Assembly: GCA_021613535.1 (NCBI GenBank)
Contig: CP075493.1
Coordinates: 17,112,001 to 17,176,000 of the forward strand
Direction of reading: 5' to 3'
Length of the DNA stretch: 64,000 bases
Source: Adineta vaga
Lineage: Eukaryota > Animalia > Rotifera
Positions 62,727 to 64,000 of the stretch are shown here, in pieces. Every line of letters starts with the position of its first letter. Within the stretch, counting starts at the first letter, position 1. The translations under genes and the position numbers were made by a program. The notes under the pieces were generated by a model that saw only the letters and a list, made by a program, of their open reading frames with translations, had not been told where the DNA came from and did not search any database.

Positions 62727-62746
62727 AGGGTGTGGGTGTGGATGTG
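62727..62746 (+). repeat. Short telomeric tract H
   Basis: AGGGTGTGGGTGTGGATGTG directly abutting the ART coding frame. Confidence 0.7.
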
Positions 62747-63378
62747 ATTGTAAATGAATAAATTCAAAGTATTGTTCGATAAAATAATTGATTTGAGCAG
62801 AAGTTTGTTCATGATTGGAGATACGAATCGAGGTTATTTGATCAAGTTTCGATGAAATGTATGTTTGACCGATCGAATCAAAATCAGATCGAGATATACA
62901 TCAGAAATCAAAGCCATGTATCCGACAATGGTTGGCAAGTATCAAATTAAATCGATAATTAAGTCCGCAAAATTCATGAAAAAGTTCACCCTTTAATAAA
63001 TATTCAAAACATTCCATTGAAGAAATAACTACTGTACATATATGAACTGTTATTGAGTTTTTTCTTCTTTTTTACATGTTACTATGGTAATGACAGAATA
63101 ACAATGAAGAAATCTCAAGCGATAGAGTGCGTCAAAGCAATTTAGTATTGTTAATAGTATGAGTTTTTAGTGGAAATTTCTCCAGAGCTGTGCATAATCA
63201 GTAAATGTGCGGAGCACTCAAATGTTGAAATAAAACATGTATAGAACATAAAAACTGCTCGCTATACATTAACAAACACAGCTTTTGCATAGATGAAGAC
63301 TATATACCAAAACTTCATACTTAATTCATTTGATTATCTTTAAGATGTGTATCAGAGTTCAAATCTTTATACATATCA

Positions 63379-63750
63379 TCAAGATGGATGTATTCTCAGT
63401 ATTTTCCGGCCACATAAATATTCAGTTACCAATATAGTAATAACCGCCAAACTAGCCAGTCCTGCTAATATACCAATTGCAACATTGTATCTCAGGTGTT
63501 GTGATATAGCACCTTTGGTGATTCCAAAAACTAAAATTTTAATCATGGTCGTTCCTGCAACGCAACCGGTTAGGTATAGGGGTTTAGTAGATGAACTGCG
63601 TATGTAAAAGGCTAGACTTACGGAGCCAATATAAGCCAACGCACAAAAAATTAGCAGAACTGCACTAACACTATGCAACCAATTTATACCAGATTCATAT
63701 TGGATATGAATGGAAATTATAATGAAAAGAGTGAGGCCAAGAGATGCCAT
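63379..63750 (-). CDS. Small membrane protein with four hydrophobic segments
   Basis: Open frame from MASLGLTLFII; no family recognised; may be a last exon. Confidence 0.5.
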   Translation of the reverse strand: MASLGLTLFIIISIHIQYESGINWLHSVSAVLLIFCALAYIGSVSLAFYIRSSSTKPLYLTGCVAGTTMIKILVFGITKGAISQHLRYNVAIGILAGLASLAVITILVTEYLCGRKILRIHPS

Positions 63751-64000
63751 GTATATGGCAATAAATCTATTTCGACGGTGAAAAGATGAAGTAGAATACA
63801 CTTCACAAATAACTTTTGATTGACTTCGTTAGCTCTTATAGTAAGAAAGCTATGGAATTTGAAATATTTCTCACAAAAAATGAAAACTGACTATAAATTC
63901 AATCTATATTGAGATGCATTCAATAAAAGTCTCTTGGTTTCCTTACAACAAAATGTTTTTCGCTTGGATTCATTTTGTTATGATCAGCTGCAATATCAAC

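Overview
This is AT-rich eukaryotic DNA with short (about 45-80 bp) GT-AG introns, so the ORF track splits most genes. The gene families (NHL repeats, ART-TPR, ART-NHL, EGF/LDLa/NHL-7TM receptors) and (TGTGGG)n tracts, the telomeric repeat reported for Adineta vaga, point to a bdelloid rotifer, probably a transposon-rich, subtelomere-like region (inference). Genes: a large RING/RanBP2-ZnF/bacterial-type PARG/PBZ-array gene with a candidate DarT-like domain and several lesions; an NHL-NHL-beta-sandwich-7TM receptor; three ART genes; intronless bacterial-like genes (a divergent argininosuccinate synthase and an HExxH metalloprotease); granulin; an EF-hand protein; an LTA4H pseudogene; and several fragments. 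Mobile DNA: one hAT, two intact piggyBacs, one DD39D Tc1/mariner/IS630-like element, two kb-scale foldbacks and about 10 MITEs, most with TIRs and TSDs readable by eye. Most unusual: recurrent telomeric-repeat hairpins with shared loops at junctions where genes and transposons are cut off; a possible writer-reader-eraser ADP-ribosylation protein; foldback arms homogenised only on their inner part; and a 13-bp-spaced dyad motif shared by unrelated transposons. All calls are by eye; no searches were run.
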